NCBI GenBank assembly: GCA_964350345.1
Contig: CAYGKH010000001.1
Span: 1-42,783, forward strand
Length of the DNA stretch: 42,783 nt
Source of the DNA: an uncultured Coriobacteriaceae bacterium
Lineage (GTDB): Bacteria > Actinomycetota > Coriobacteriia > Anaerosomatales > SLCP01
Direction of reading: 5' to 3'
This document shows positions 17,996 through 26,884 of the stretch, piece by piece. The first letter of the stretch is position 1, and the number at the start of each line of letters is the position of its first letter. The translations under genes and the position numbers were made by a program. The notes under the pieces are model-generated. The model was not told where the DNA came from, did not search any database, and saw only the letters and a list, made by a program, of their open reading frames with translations.

Positions 17996-18130
17996 ATGAC
18001 AGCCAATGTGGCAGGCGCGATCTTCAACACCCTGGTCCTGGCCTTCTTTGTCGTAGTCGCACTCGGCGTCGCACTCGGCGCATACGCTGCGACCCAGATG
18101 AAGAAGATGGAGGAGAAGATCCAGAAGTAG
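17996..18130 (+). CDS. Unlisted 44-aa single-TM small protein
   Basis: By my own translation: MTANVAGAIFNTLVLAFFVVVALGVALGAYAATQMKKMEEKIQK. GGAGGTGA (17979-17986) lies 9 nt upstream of the ATG. 35 of 44 codons end in G or C by my count, similar to neighbouring genes. It is below the ORF-track length cutoff. Confidence 0.55.
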   Translation: MTANVAGAIFNTLVLAFFVVVALGVALGAYAATQMKKMEEKIQK

Positions 18131-18225
18131 TCCTCCGAGAACCGCGAATCACCCGGACGCCCTCCCGCCCGACCGGCGATGAGGGCGTTCGTGCTATATG
18201 CGAGCCCGACTTCAGGAGGCGCACG

Positions 18226-19281
18226 ATGAACAACCAAGGACATGCACGACGTCGACGCATGACACGGATCGCACTTATCGGCGTGACCGCGCTCATCGCA
18301 CTCGCGCTCACGGGCTGTGGGATACTTCTCCCGGTGAGTTACGGCGAAGACTCCTCCTCCGTCGAGGGCGTGTCCGATATGGCACCGCCTGAGGGCGCCT
18401 CCGAAGAAGGACGGGCCGCCATCTCCGCTCCCGATGCCGATCTCTCCTCGGCCTCGATCGGCACGGGACCCGACGCCGTAGACGTCCCGACAGACGAGCG
18501 CTTCATCATCCGGACCGTAGGCCTACGCGTGAAGGTGGACGACGTGGAGACCGCAGTCGACTCGTTGCGCACCGAGATCGAGCGGATCGGCGGGATCGTC
18601 ACGGGGCTGCAGGTGAGCACCGATGACGAGACTCCGATCTTCCGCTACGAGGCGCTCGGTTCGCTTGGTGATGGAGCGCCGCTGAAGGGCTACATCACCG
18701 TTCGCGTACCCGCTGGCGAGCTTGCTGACTTCCTTGAGACTGTCGACGGACTCGGAGATGTCTTGCGGCACTCCTCCGACGAGGCCGACGTCACACAGGA
18801 GCATATCGATCTGTCGGCACGCCTGGAGAACTTGAACTCCCAGGAGCAGAGGCTCCGCGAGTTCTTCGACCGCGCCGAGACTGTCGAGGAGATGCTCGAC
18901 ATCGAACGTGAGCTTGGACGCGTCCGGGGCGACATCGAGTCGCTCACCGCACAGATCGCGTATCTCGAGCGGCAGGCCGCGATGGCAATGGTCACGATCG
19001 AACTGACGGGCGCCGAGCCGGTCATCCGGCCCTCCGGGACGGACTGGGGGTTCGTCGACGCGATCACCACCGGTGTCCGCGGGCTGGTCGGGACCATCAA
19101 CGCGATGATCATCGTCGCGATGAGCGCACTTCCGCTGGTAGCGGTCGCACTTCTGGTGTGGCTGATCGTGCGAGCGGTCGTGCGTAGACGCCGCGTCGGG
19201 CGTGGCGTACCCATCGCAGAGTCGTCGCCGACCGGCGACCAGGCCACCATCGCACCTGACGACGAAGGAGTCCACGAGTAG
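18226..19281 (+). CDS. DUF4349-like lipoprotein with C-terminal TM anchor
   Basis: AGGAGG (18212-18217) lies before ATG 18226. It has a lipobox (LALTGC), the FIIRTVGLRVKVDDVETAV...GG.V pattern, a coiled-coil segment and a terminal TM (IIVAMSALPLVAVALLVWLIV). This architecture is recalled from DUF4349 proteins. The ORF track extends 5' to 17983. Confidence 0.75.
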   Translation: MNNQGHARRRRMTRIALIGVTALIALALTGCGILLPVSYGEDSSSVEGVSDMAPPEGASEEGRAAISAPDADLSSASIGTGPDAVDVPTDERFIIRTVGLRVKVDDVETAVDSLRTEIERIGGIVTGLQVSTDDETPIFRYEALGSLGDGAPLKGYITVRVPAGELADFLETVDGLGDVLRHSSDEADVTQEHIDLSARLENLNSQEQRLREFFDRAETVEEMLDIERELGRVRGDIESLTAQIAYLERQAAMAMVTIELTGAEPVIRPSGTDWGFVDAITTGVRGLVGTINAMIIVAMSALPLVAVALLVWLIVRAVVRRRRVGRGVPIAESSPTGDQATIAPDDEGVHE

Positions 19282-19538
19282 TGATCCGCCCGAGCATCCG
19301 GATACCGCTGTGGGCGGCAGTGGCTTTGCCCGCTGCCGCCTACGTCGCTCGCTCACTCATACGTGGCGGCGACTTCCGTCCCGACCTCCCTTCAGACGCC
19401 CTCGCGTACTTCTTGCTCGCCCTGGTCGTCGTCGCCGTCGGCATCGCCCGGTCGCGAACGGACCTTGCGCACCAGGCCGAGGAGAGCCTGGCCGAGGAGG
19501 TGGACAGCGAAGACGGCGAGTCCGGCGAGCACGGGTAG
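19281..19538 (+). CDS. 85-aa putative 2-TM protein with acidic tail
   Basis: The GTG start overlaps the DUF4349 stop (TAGTG), with AAGGAG 10 nt upstream. About 92% of codons end in G/C within the part that overlaps the opposite-strand ORF. Confidence 0.45.
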   Translation: MIRPSIRIPLWAAVALPAAAYVARSLIRGGDFRPDLPSDALAYFLLALVVVAVGIARSRTDLAHQAEESLAEEVDSEDGESGEHG

Positions 19539-19697
19539 AACGAGGAGATCCTCGGTCAGATCGAGCGACTCGACGCCGGGCGTTCCTGCACCGCCGACCA
19601 CGGTCAGCCACCCGCCGGCCGCGACCCCGATCGCCGCGCCAACCGCCCAGGTCGAGGCCCAGAACACCCCTCGCGCTACTCGTCCACCCGCAGACAT
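19392..19697 (-). CDS. 101-aa putative 2-TM protein with acidic tail (alternative or competing call)
   Basis: The ATG lies 4 nt after the ABC permease stop, with GAAGGGG upstream. It has two hydrophobic helices. Its third-position G/C (~75-78%) is lower than that of the plus-strand ORF, which it overlaps by 147 nt. Confidence 0.3.
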   Translation of the reverse strand: MSAGGRVARGVFWASTWAVGAAIGVAAGGWLTVVGGAGTPGVESLDLTEDLLVLPVLAGLAVFAVHLLGQALLGLVRKVRSRPGDADGDDDQGEQEVREGV

Positions 19698-19701
19698 CTA
19701 T

Positions 19702-20655
19702 CTACCCCTTCTCGTACGGCTTCCCGATCGCAGCTGGTGCGACAGCACGCCCCACGACGGACGCCAGCACAACCACTGTGAGCACATACGGCAACATCAG
19801 GAAGAACTGTGACGGGATGCGGATCACATCACGGAAGAGTTGCAGTTTGATCTGGAGCGCATCGGCGAAGCCGAAGAGCAGCGAGGCACCGTAGCTTCCA
19901 CCCGGCGTCCAGCGGCCGAAGATGTTCGCCGCAAGAGCGATGAACCCGCGCCCGTTGGTCATCCCCTCGGTAAAGGAACCGACCTGCTCCAGCGTGAGGT
20001 TAGCCCCGGCGAGCCCGGCGAGCGCCCCGCTCGTGATGACCGCAGAGTAGCGTCCGCGGACCACGCTGATCCCGACGGTGTCTGCCGCTCGTGGATGTTC
20101 ACCGAGGGACCGAAGTCGGAGACCCCACCGGGTGTTGTAGAGCGCCCAGTGCCCGCCGATGGCGATGATGATAGCCATGTAGACGATCGGCGTGTAACTG
20201 AACACGACCGCATCGAACCAGCGCCAGATCGCACCCAAGACCCCCTCGGTAGGACCGGTTATCGAGAATACCGGCTGCAGCCTGGATACCGGATCGGTCG
20301 TTCCGGGATGGCCGAAAATGACCTCCATCAGGAAGCCCGTCAGGCCGAGAGCCAGAATGTTGATGGCGGTACCGGACACCACCTGGTCAGTACGGAGAGT
20401 GATCGACGCAAATGCATGGATGAGCGCGAGCGACATTCCTGCTACCACAGCGGTGATCAGACCGATCCAGGCGCTGCCTGTGAACATGGCTCCGATCACA
20501 CCCATGAATGCGCCGAAGAGCATCATTCCCTCGAGTGCGATGTTGACGATTCCCGAGCGTTCGCAGATCGTGCCACCGATCGCTGCGAGTGCGAGCGGGG
20601 TGGCCATTCGTATCGCCGAGGCGAACAGGTCTGGCGTGAAGATATCAGCCAGCAT
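19702..20655 (-). CDS. BMP-family ABC transporter permease (NupQ/YufQ-like)
   Basis: Polytopic protein with MATPLALAAIGGTICERSGIVNIALEGMML, typical of this permease family. It overlaps the upstream permease by 11 nt. Confidence 0.9.
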   Translation of the reverse strand: MLADIFTPDLFASAIRMATPLALAAIGGTICERSGIVNIALEGMMLFGAFMGVIGAMFTGSAWIGLITAVVAGMSLALIHAFASITLRTDQVVSGTAINILALGLTGFLMEVIFGHPGTTDPVSRLQPVFSITGPTEGVLGAIWRWFDAVVFSYTPIVYMAIIIAIGGHWALYNTRWGLRLRSLGEHPRAADTVGISVVRGRYSAVITSGALAGLAGANLTLEQVGSFTEGMTNGRGFIALAANIFGRWTPGGSYGASLLFGFADALQIKLQLFRDVIRIPSQFFLMLPYVLTVVVLASVVGRAVAPAAIGKPYEKG

Positions 20656-21745
20656 GTTCCGCCCCCTGACGGTCGGTCTTGCCTATGACCCAGCGCGCAA
20701 GCTGCTCGGCCGCCACCAGGAAGATGATCAGTGCCTGGATGATGAAGATGACCTTGGTCGGAACCTCGGCTTCGAGTTGCATGGTCCCAGCGCCTGCCGA
20801 CAGAGCTCCGAAGAGGATCGCCGCAGCGATGACGCCGATCGGGTTGTTCTTCGCCAGAAGCGCGACCGCGATGCCCGTGAACCCGAAGCCTGCCGAGAAC
20901 TGATCGTGAAGACGCAGGTGCACCCCCATGACCTCGGTAACGCCGGCGAGTCCCGCCAACGCTCCCGAGATGCAGAGCGCCTTGATAGTGGTAGCCGGTA
21001 CAGAGATCCCGCCCGTCTCGGATGCCCACGGGTTGAACCCTACGGCCCGAGACTCATAACCCAGCGACGTGTACTTGAGGACCCACCAGATGAAGAAGGC
21101 GAGAATGATGGCGATGACGAACCCGAAGTGTGCCCGGGACGGCACGAGGAACGGCAGCACTTCGTGCATCCTCGGGAGGGTGGATTCGACCGGAAGTGCC
21201 GCGGTCTGCGGAATCTGGCCGTCGGCACGCAGCGGACCGGTCACAAGCCACGAGACCAGGTAACGGCCGATAAACGTGAACATCATCGTGGTGATGACCT
21301 CGTGTGCTCCGACCTTGGCCTTGAGAATCGCAGGGATGAACGCCCATGCCGCTCCGATTGCTGCTCCCGCAACCACCATGAGGATGATATTGAGCGGGCG
21401 AGGCATCCCCGCAAGCGCGATGCCGAGAAACGCCGCTGACAGACCGCCCATGAACAGCTGGCCTTCTGCGCCGATGTTGAAGAGCCCGGCACGAAAGCCG
21501 TACGCGACCGCCAGCCCGGTGAACATCAAGGGCGTGGATCTGAGCATGGTCTCGCCGATCTGACGACCACCACCGAACGATCCCTTGAGCATGGCCACGA
21601 ACGCAGCGATGGGATCGAACCCCGCCACCAGCATGATGATGGAACTGATGGCGATGGCGATCACTACCGAGACCACCGGCACCGCTAGCTCTCGCAAGGT
21701 CGCGACCAACAGTGCTGCTGGTGGCTTACGCGTCGACTCCGCCAT
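20645..21745 (-). CDS. BMP-family ABC transporter permease (NupP/YufP-like)
   Basis: Polytopic protein with TPLMFTGLAVAYGFRAGLFNIGAEGQ. Operon context. Confidence 0.9.
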   Translation of the reverse strand: MAESTRKPPAALLVATLRELAVPVVSVVIAIAISSIIMLVAGFDPIAAFVAMLKGSFGGGRQIGETMLRSTPLMFTGLAVAYGFRAGLFNIGAEGQLFMGGLSAAFLGIALAGMPRPLNIILMVVAGAAIGAAWAFIPAILKAKVGAHEVITTMMFTFIGRYLVSWLVTGPLRADGQIPQTAALPVESTLPRMHEVLPFLVPSRAHFGFVIAIILAFFIWWVLKYTSLGYESRAVGFNPWASETGGISVPATTIKALCISGALAGLAGVTEVMGVHLRLHDQFSAGFGFTGIAVALLAKNNPIGVIAAAILFGALSAGAGTMQLEAEVPTKVIFIIQALIIFLVAAEQLARWVIGKTDRQGAEHAG

Positions 21746-23294
21746 CGCTCACCCCCGCCTCCTCGACGCCCGCAGTCAGCTTGTCGCCGCCCGCTCCGGT
21801 CATGTAGTAGCCAAGGTCCTCATCACTTGCCTCACCCGCTGCGAACTCCCTGACTATCCTGCCCTCGAAGATCACCAGGATCCTGTCAGCGAGCGACTGG
21901 ACCTCCTCGAGTTCGAGACTGATGAGCAGGACCGCCTTGCCCCGGTCGCGCTCCGCGAGTATCTGGTTGTGCACGAACTCGATCGCACCGACATCAAGTC
22001 CTCGTGTAGGCTGTGCGGCAACCAGGAGATCGGGATCGCGTCCCAGTTCGCGGGCGAGCACGAGCTTCTGTTGGTTGCCCCCAGAAAGCGCAGATGCCTT
22101 CACCTTCTCAGACGGCGTCCTGACGTCGTACTCCCTGATCCTCTTTCGGGTCACCTCGGTGATCGCCTCGAAGTTTAAGACCCCATGCCTGGCAAAGGGC
22201 ATCTGGCGATGGTCACCGAGAATCGTATTCTCCATGAGGTCGAACTCGAGCACCAGCCCCCGGCGGTGTCGGTCCTCGGGGACGTGAGAGAGACCGGCCT
22301 CGATCGTCTCGCGCGCCGCTGCGTGAGTGATGTTTTCACCTTTAAGGCGCATCGAGCCACTCTTGACCTTGCGAAGCCCTGTGAGAGCCTCGACAAGCTC
22401 GGCCTGACCGTTGCCACTCACTCCCGCAAGCGCAACGACCTCTCCCGCACAGACCGAGAGGTTCACTCCGCGGACTGCAGGAAGCTTCCGTTCGTCCAAG
22501 ACGTGCAGGTCTTCGATCTCCAGGATGGCATCGCCGCACTGTGAGGGTTTCTTCTCGACCCTAAAGACCACCTCTCGGCCGACCATCATGCGCGCAAGTC
22601 CGGCTGTGTCGGTATCCGAGGTCTTCGTCTCCCCGACGATCCGCCCGTCTCGCATCACGACCACACGATCCGAGACCGACATGACCTCTTCGAGCTTGTG
22701 AGTGATGAAGACGACCGAAAGGCCCCCGGAGACCAGTGAGCGCACCACCGAGAACAGCTCGCGCACCTCCTGTGGCGTCAAGACCGCCGTCGGTTCGTCA
22801 AGGATGAGGACGCGAGCTCCCCGGTAGAGCGCCTTGAGTATCTCCACGCGCTGCTGCGTTCCGACGGGAAGATCACGGACCACCGCGTCGGGGTCGACAG
22901 CGAGACCGTAACGAAGCGATATCTCGCGCACTGCCTCGCGTGCAGTGCGAAAATCGATCACACCGCCACGTGCGGGCTCGTTTCCGAGCACAATGTTCTC
23001 GGTCACCGTGAGCGGAGGAACGAGCATGAAGTGCTGGTGGACCATGCCGATACCGAGATCGATCGCGTGGCGCGGAGACCGGATCTGCGTCACCTCGCCG
23101 TCGACGAGGACCTCGCCCTCGTCGGCATCGAGAAGTCCATACACGACGTTCATGAGCGTGCTCTTGCCGGCACCGTTCTCGCCGAGGAGCGCCACGATCT
23201 CGCCCGCGTGTAGCGAGAGTGAGACCCGGTCGTTGGCGAGCACTCCCGGGAAGCGCTTCGTCACCTCACGTAACTCGATGAGCGGGGTCGCCAT
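21726..23294 (-). CDS. ABC transporter ATP-binding protein with two fused NBDs
   Basis: Walker A GENGAGKST and a second GVSGNGQ, signature LSGGNQQK, Walker B LILDEPT. The start is trimmed to ATG 23294 (GGGAGAGAG upstream). The ORF track extends to 23390. Confidence 0.93.
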   Translation of the reverse strand: MATPLIELREVTKRFPGVLANDRVSLSLHAGEIVALLGENGAGKSTLMNVVYGLLDADEGEVLVDGEVTQIRSPRHAIDLGIGMVHQHFMLVPPLTVTENIVLGNEPARGGVIDFRTAREAVREISLRYGLAVDPDAVVRDLPVGTQQRVEILKALYRGARVLILDEPTAVLTPQEVRELFSVVRSLVSGGLSVVFITHKLEEVMSVSDRVVVMRDGRIVGETKTSDTDTAGLARMMVGREVVFRVEKKPSQCGDAILEIEDLHVLDERKLPAVRGVNLSVCAGEVVALAGVSGNGQAELVEALTGLRKVKSGSMRLKGENITHAAARETIEAGLSHVPEDRHRRGLVLEFDLMENTILGDHRQMPFARHGVLNFEAITEVTRKRIREYDVRTPSEKVKASALSGGNQQKLVLARELGRDPDLLVAAQPTRGLDVGAIEFVHNQILAERDRGKAVLLISLELEEVQSLADRILVIFEGRIVREFAAGEASDEDLGYYMTGAGGDKLTAGVEEAGVSDGGVDA

Positions 23295-23342
23295 ACTCTC
23301 TCCCTCACGCTGCCCTGACGGACGTCGACGCCATCGTATCGC

Positions 23343-23385
23343 ACCAGGGAGGGCGACCGGTGCACTACCGGCCGCCCTCCCTGGT
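23343..23385 (-). other. Intercistronic stem-loop between the binding-protein and ATPase genes
   Basis: A 13-bp stem pairs accagggagggcg (23343-23355) with cgccctccctggt (23373-23385). An inner 5-bp ccggt/accgg stem follows. No U-tract. Confidence 0.6.
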
Positions 23386-23422
23386 TCCACCTTACGCGGA
23401 TCCGATCATCTCGCGTGATCTC

Positions 23423-24508
23423 CTACAGCTCGTCGCGGGACGCCGGCACCGCCACTGCACCGCTGATGACACCTTGGCGTGCGGCCTCAACGGCATCACG
23501 GATGTCCTGAGAGACCGCGTCCTCGAAATCGTGGAACGGAGCGATATCCACACCGCCCTCGGCGATTCCGAACGAGCGGTTCTCTCCGCCGACGAACGTT
23601 CCGTCGACGACCGCCTTGATAGTGTCGAACACTGCAGTCTCAAGGCTCTTCATGGCTGACGTCAGCATGACGTCACCCGAACCGGGAACCGACTCGTACT
23701 GGTCGACATCGACCCCGATGAAGAGCGCGCCGCGCTCCTGGCAAGCGGTGATCGACCCGAGACCGGTCAAGCCGGCTGCGGCGAAGACCACGTCTGCACC
23801 CTGATCGATTGCAGAGAGTGCGAGCTCCTTGCCCTTGGCCTGGTCGTCGAAGCTACCGGCGTACAGGTTCAGGATCTCGACATCCGGATTGACCGAACGC
23901 GCACCTGCGATGAAACCGACCTCGAACCGCTCGACCGGCGGGATATCCATGCCGCCGATGAACGCGATCACGTTGTCGTCGTTGATGCGGTCGTCCAGAT
24001 CGCCGTCGAGGGTCGCAAGACCGGCTACGACACCGGCCAGGTAGGCCGACTCGTGCTCCTTGAAGAGCAGTCCGACGACGTTGTCGACCGGCTCCTCGAA
24101 GAACTGATCGATTCCGCCGAACGCCACGTCCGGATACTCCGGCGCCTTAGCCATGGTGGTATCGGTCATGAGGAAGCCGACAGTGAAGATGACATCGAAG
24201 CCGGCGTTAGCCAACTGGTCGATGTTGGGCTCGTAGTCCGCGATCTCATTGGACTCCAGCGCCCGTACCTCGACACCGAGTTCCCGCTCTGCTCGCAGGA
24301 GACCCTCGTACGTACCGTCGTTGAAGGTCTTGTCACCAAGACCCCCGACATCGGTGACCATCGCGGCCTTGACGTCTGTGACGGGCGCTTCACCCATGTC
24401 CGGATCGTCGACGGGCTCTTCCTCACCGTTGCCACACCCGACCGCAAAAACGGCCACAAGAGCAACGACGAGGAGCAACGCTAGGACTTTCCTATACTTA
24501 GAGTCCAC
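23423..24508 (-). CDS. BMP-family (PnrA/Med-like) substrate-binding lipoprotein, probable nucleoside binding
   Basis: GTG 24508 sits 6 nt after GGGAGGGAG. It has a signal peptide and lipobox (VFAVGCGN) and the GDKTFNDGTYEGL motif. It is the first gene of the ABC operon. The ORF track extends to 24652. Confidence 0.9.
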   Translation of the reverse strand: MDSKYRKVLALLLVVALVAVFAVGCGNGEEEPVDDPDMGEAPVTDVKAAMVTDVGGLGDKTFNDGTYEGLLRAERELGVEVRALESNEIADYEPNIDQLANAGFDVIFTVGFLMTDTTMAKAPEYPDVAFGGIDQFFEEPVDNVVGLLFKEHESAYLAGVVAGLATLDGDLDDRINDDNVIAFIGGMDIPPVERFEVGFIAGARSVNPDVEILNLYAGSFDDQAKGKELALSAIDQGADVVFAAAGLTGLGSITACQERGALFIGVDVDQYESVPGSGDVMLTSAMKSLETAVFDTIKAVVDGTFVGGENRSFGIAEGGVDIAPFHDFEDAVSQDIRDAVEAARQGVISGAVAVPASRDEL

Positions 24509-24635
24509 GCAAATCTCCCTCCCTATACGGAACCAGCCTACAACTAACCATTCTATACCTTGAACCTCCACACCATGAAGAGATTCTCCCCTTTCATGGC
24601 GAATACCAGACCAGGCGAAACGCATGGGAGGTCTT

Positions 24636-25556
24636 CTAGCGCATCCGGGCACGCGGGTGGGTGGAGAGATACTCCTCCCTCAAGTGAGACAACTCCACGT
24701 GCGTGTAGATCTGTGTCGTTGAGATGTCCGCATGCCCCAGCATCTCCTGCAGCGAACGCAGGTCCGCCCCGCCCTCGAGGAGGTGGGTCGCGAAAGAGTG
24801 TCTGAGCGTGTGGGGGTGTACCTCGAGTCCCACTCGGCCACCGTACCTACGCACCATCTCGAAGACAGCCTGCCGGGAAAGACGGCCCCCGCGGACGTTC
24901 ACGAACACCGCCGAGGAGTCGGCCGCATGCATGCTCTTCTTGCTACGCAGGTATGGGCGTCCATGCAGGAGGTAGTCCGCAAGCACCCGTGCCGCTTCCC
25001 CTGCAAGCGGCACCACGCGCTCCTTGTCGCCCTTACCCTTCACACGCAATACACCCTCTGCCGGTGAAAGATCCGTGTGGTCCAGCCCGATCAGCTCGCT
25101 CACTCTCAGCCCGCACCCGTACAGCGTCTCGAGGATCGCGCGATCGCGGTAGCCTGGCGGTCCTTCCGGGAACGGCTGGGAGAGCAGCCGCTCGATGTCG
25201 TCGATACTGACGACGTCCGGGAGTCTCTTGGGGCTCTTTGGTAGCGGGATCCGGCTCGCGGGATGCTCGGCGGAGAACCCTTCCCTGACGCAGAAGCGGT
25301 GGAAGCTCTTCACGGCCGCGACAGCCCGCTCGACACTCGCGGGGGCCAATCCGCGCTTCTGCAGGGCGCCGACGAACGCGATCACGTCTTCGGTACTGGC
25401 GCCGGCTGGGTCAGCTACTCCCCTCTCGGTGAGCAGAGCCTGATAGGCTCGCAGATCGCGACGGTAGGCGGAGAGCGTGTGCCGCGATGCTCCTCGCTCG
25501 ACGGCGAGATGCGACAGGAACTCCTCGATAGACGGGTGCAGTGGATGCTCTTCCAT
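24636..25556 (-). CDS. xerD: Site-specific tyrosine recombinase XerD (XerC/D family)
   Basis: Motifs RDRAILETLYGCGLRVSE and LRHSFATHLLEGGADLRSLQEMLGHADISTTQIYTHV. The xerD rather than xerC call rests on synteny with pyrG. The start is trimmed to ATG 25556. Confidence 0.8.
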   Translation of the reverse strand: MEEHPLHPSIEEFLSHLAVERGASRHTLSAYRRDLRAYQALLTERGVADPAGASTEDVIAFVGALQKRGLAPASVERAVAAVKSFHRFCVREGFSAEHPASRIPLPKSPKRLPDVVSIDDIERLLSQPFPEGPPGYRDRAILETLYGCGLRVSELIGLDHTDLSPAEGVLRVKGKGDKERVVPLAGEAARVLADYLLHGRPYLRSKKSMHAADSSAVFVNVRGGRLSRQAVFEMVRRYGGRVGLEVHPHTLRHSFATHLLEGGADLRSLQEMLGHADISTTQIYTHVELSHLREEYLSTHPRARMR

Positions 25557-25584
25557 ACACCGAATGATACACCCGCAACGCACT

Positions 25585-25609
25585 GACGGCCGCCATGTTG
25601 GCGGCCGTC
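25585..25609 (-). terminator. Hairpin downstream of ald
   Basis: An 11-bp perfect stem: gacggccgcca-tgt-tggcggccgtc. It lies 45 nt after the ald stop. The U-tract is weak. Confidence 0.5.
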
Positions 25610-25653
25610 GTGTACCTTTAGGCGGGGCTATCGGGACTTCAGGACACGGCGGG

Positions 25654-26769
25654 TCATCCGAGAAGCTCCTGAAGTGGAGTGTAGGGCATCTCGTGGGCCT
25701 CCGCTACAGGCCGATACGTGATCTTTCCGTCCAACACGTTGACGCCCTTGGCCAGAGCCGGGTCATCGATGACGGCCTGCTTCCAACCCTTGTCCGCGAT
25801 AGCCAGGCCATAGCCCAGAGTCGCGTTCACAAGAGCCAGGGTCGAGGTGTGAGGAACGGCGCCGGGCATGTTAGCGACACCGTAGTGCAGTACGTCGTCG
25901 ACCATGAAGGTCGGATCGGCGTGCGTGGTCGGATGAGTCGTCTCGATGCATCCACCCTGGTCGACCGAGACGTCGACGATCACAGCACCACGCTTCATGG
26001 TCGGCAGCATATCCCGAGTAACGAGATAGGGCGCTTTCGCTCCGGGCAGAAGCACGGCACCGATCACAAGATCGGCCTCGATGATCATCTCGGCGACGTT
26101 GTGGCGGTTCGAGAACAGGGTGCGGATGCTGTTGCCCCAGACATCCTCGATGTAGCGGAGGCGATCGAGATTCACATCCATCACCGTGACGTGCGCGCCC
26201 ATGCCCTTGGCGACATACGCAGCATTGAAGCCGACCACCCCGGCACCGAGCACCACGACGTTGGCAGGAAGCACGCCGGCAACGCCGCCCATGAGCACGC
26301 CTCGCCCGCCGTTGGGCTTTTGCAGGTATGCCGCGCCGACCTGTGCTGCCATGCGGCCTGCGACCTCAGACATCGGGGCCAGAAGGGGCAGATAGCGGTT
26401 AGGCAGCTCAACCGTCTCGTACGCGATGCAGACCGCTCCGGACTTCACGAGTCCCTCAGTCTGGGGAAGATCTGGAGCGAGGTGCAGGTAAGTGTAGAGG
26501 ATCTGACCGGGACGCAGGCGTTCGACCTCCACCGGCTGCGGCTCCTTGACCTTGATAATCATGTCAGCAGCGGCAAATATCTCCTCGGCGGTATCAAGGA
26601 ACCGGGCTCCGACGTGCTCGTACATCTGGTCGGTGAACGAGGAACCGGCACCGGCACCCTTCTCGACGATCACCTCATGGCCGTGGCGGATGAACTCCGC
26701 AGCTCCGGCAGGCGTGAGCCCGACCCGGAATTCGTTGTTCTTGATCTCTGCAGGCACTCCGATGATCAC
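25654..26769 (-). CDS. ald: Alanine dehydrogenase
   Basis: Motifs [19 protein letters not shown] and [13 protein letters not shown] 26769 sits 5 nt after AAGGAG. The ORF track extends to 26817. Confidence 0.95.
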   Translation of the reverse strand: MIIGVPAEIKNNEFRVGLTPAGAAEFIRHGHEVIVEKGAGAGSSFTDQMYEHVGARFLDTAEEIFAAADMIIKVKEPQPVEVERLRPGQILYTYLHLAPDLPQTEGLVKSGAVCIAYETVELPNRYLPLLAPMSEVAGRMAAQVGAAYLQKPNGGRGVLMGGVAGVLPANVVVLGAGVVGFNAAYVAKGMGAHVTVMDVNLDRLRYIEDVWGNSIRTLFSNRHNVAEMIIEADLVIGAVLLPGAKAPYLVTRDMLPTMKRGAVIVDVSVDQGGCIETTHPTTHADPTFMVDDVLHYGVANMPGAVPHTSTLALVNATLGYGLAIADKGWKQAVIDDPALAKGVNVLDGKITYRPVAEAHEMPYTPLQELLG

Positions 26770-26884
26770 GGTTGCTCCTTTTCGCACGTCGTCCTCGAGT
26801 CCGGACCTGGAGAGCACGAGCCTGTCTGCCTGACGTTTTCTTACGTAGCGCCTAGCCTAACGCAGCAGAGTGAAACCGGGAACG

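Noticed and set aside
17851-18243. 130-aa minus-strand ORF in the mraZ/DUF4349 divergent region.
   Set aside because: It has no SD and no recognisable domain. It runs antisense across the better-supported 44-aa ORF and the lipoprotein start, so it is likely non-coding.
24573-24599. A 7-bp hairpin (ccatgaa/ttcatgg) after the xerD stop, and -10-like TATAGAAT in the BMP operon leader.
   Set aside because: The stem is short with a 13-nt loop and no U-tract. The promoter hexamers have poor -35 partners. This is not strong enough to call.
24636-25556. The tyrosine recombinase as a possible marker of an integrated mobile element.
   Set aside because: It has XerC/D-type catalytic-region motifs and conserved pyrG-linked synteny. 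No flanking repeats, att-like sites, phage or transposon genes, or tRNA are present.
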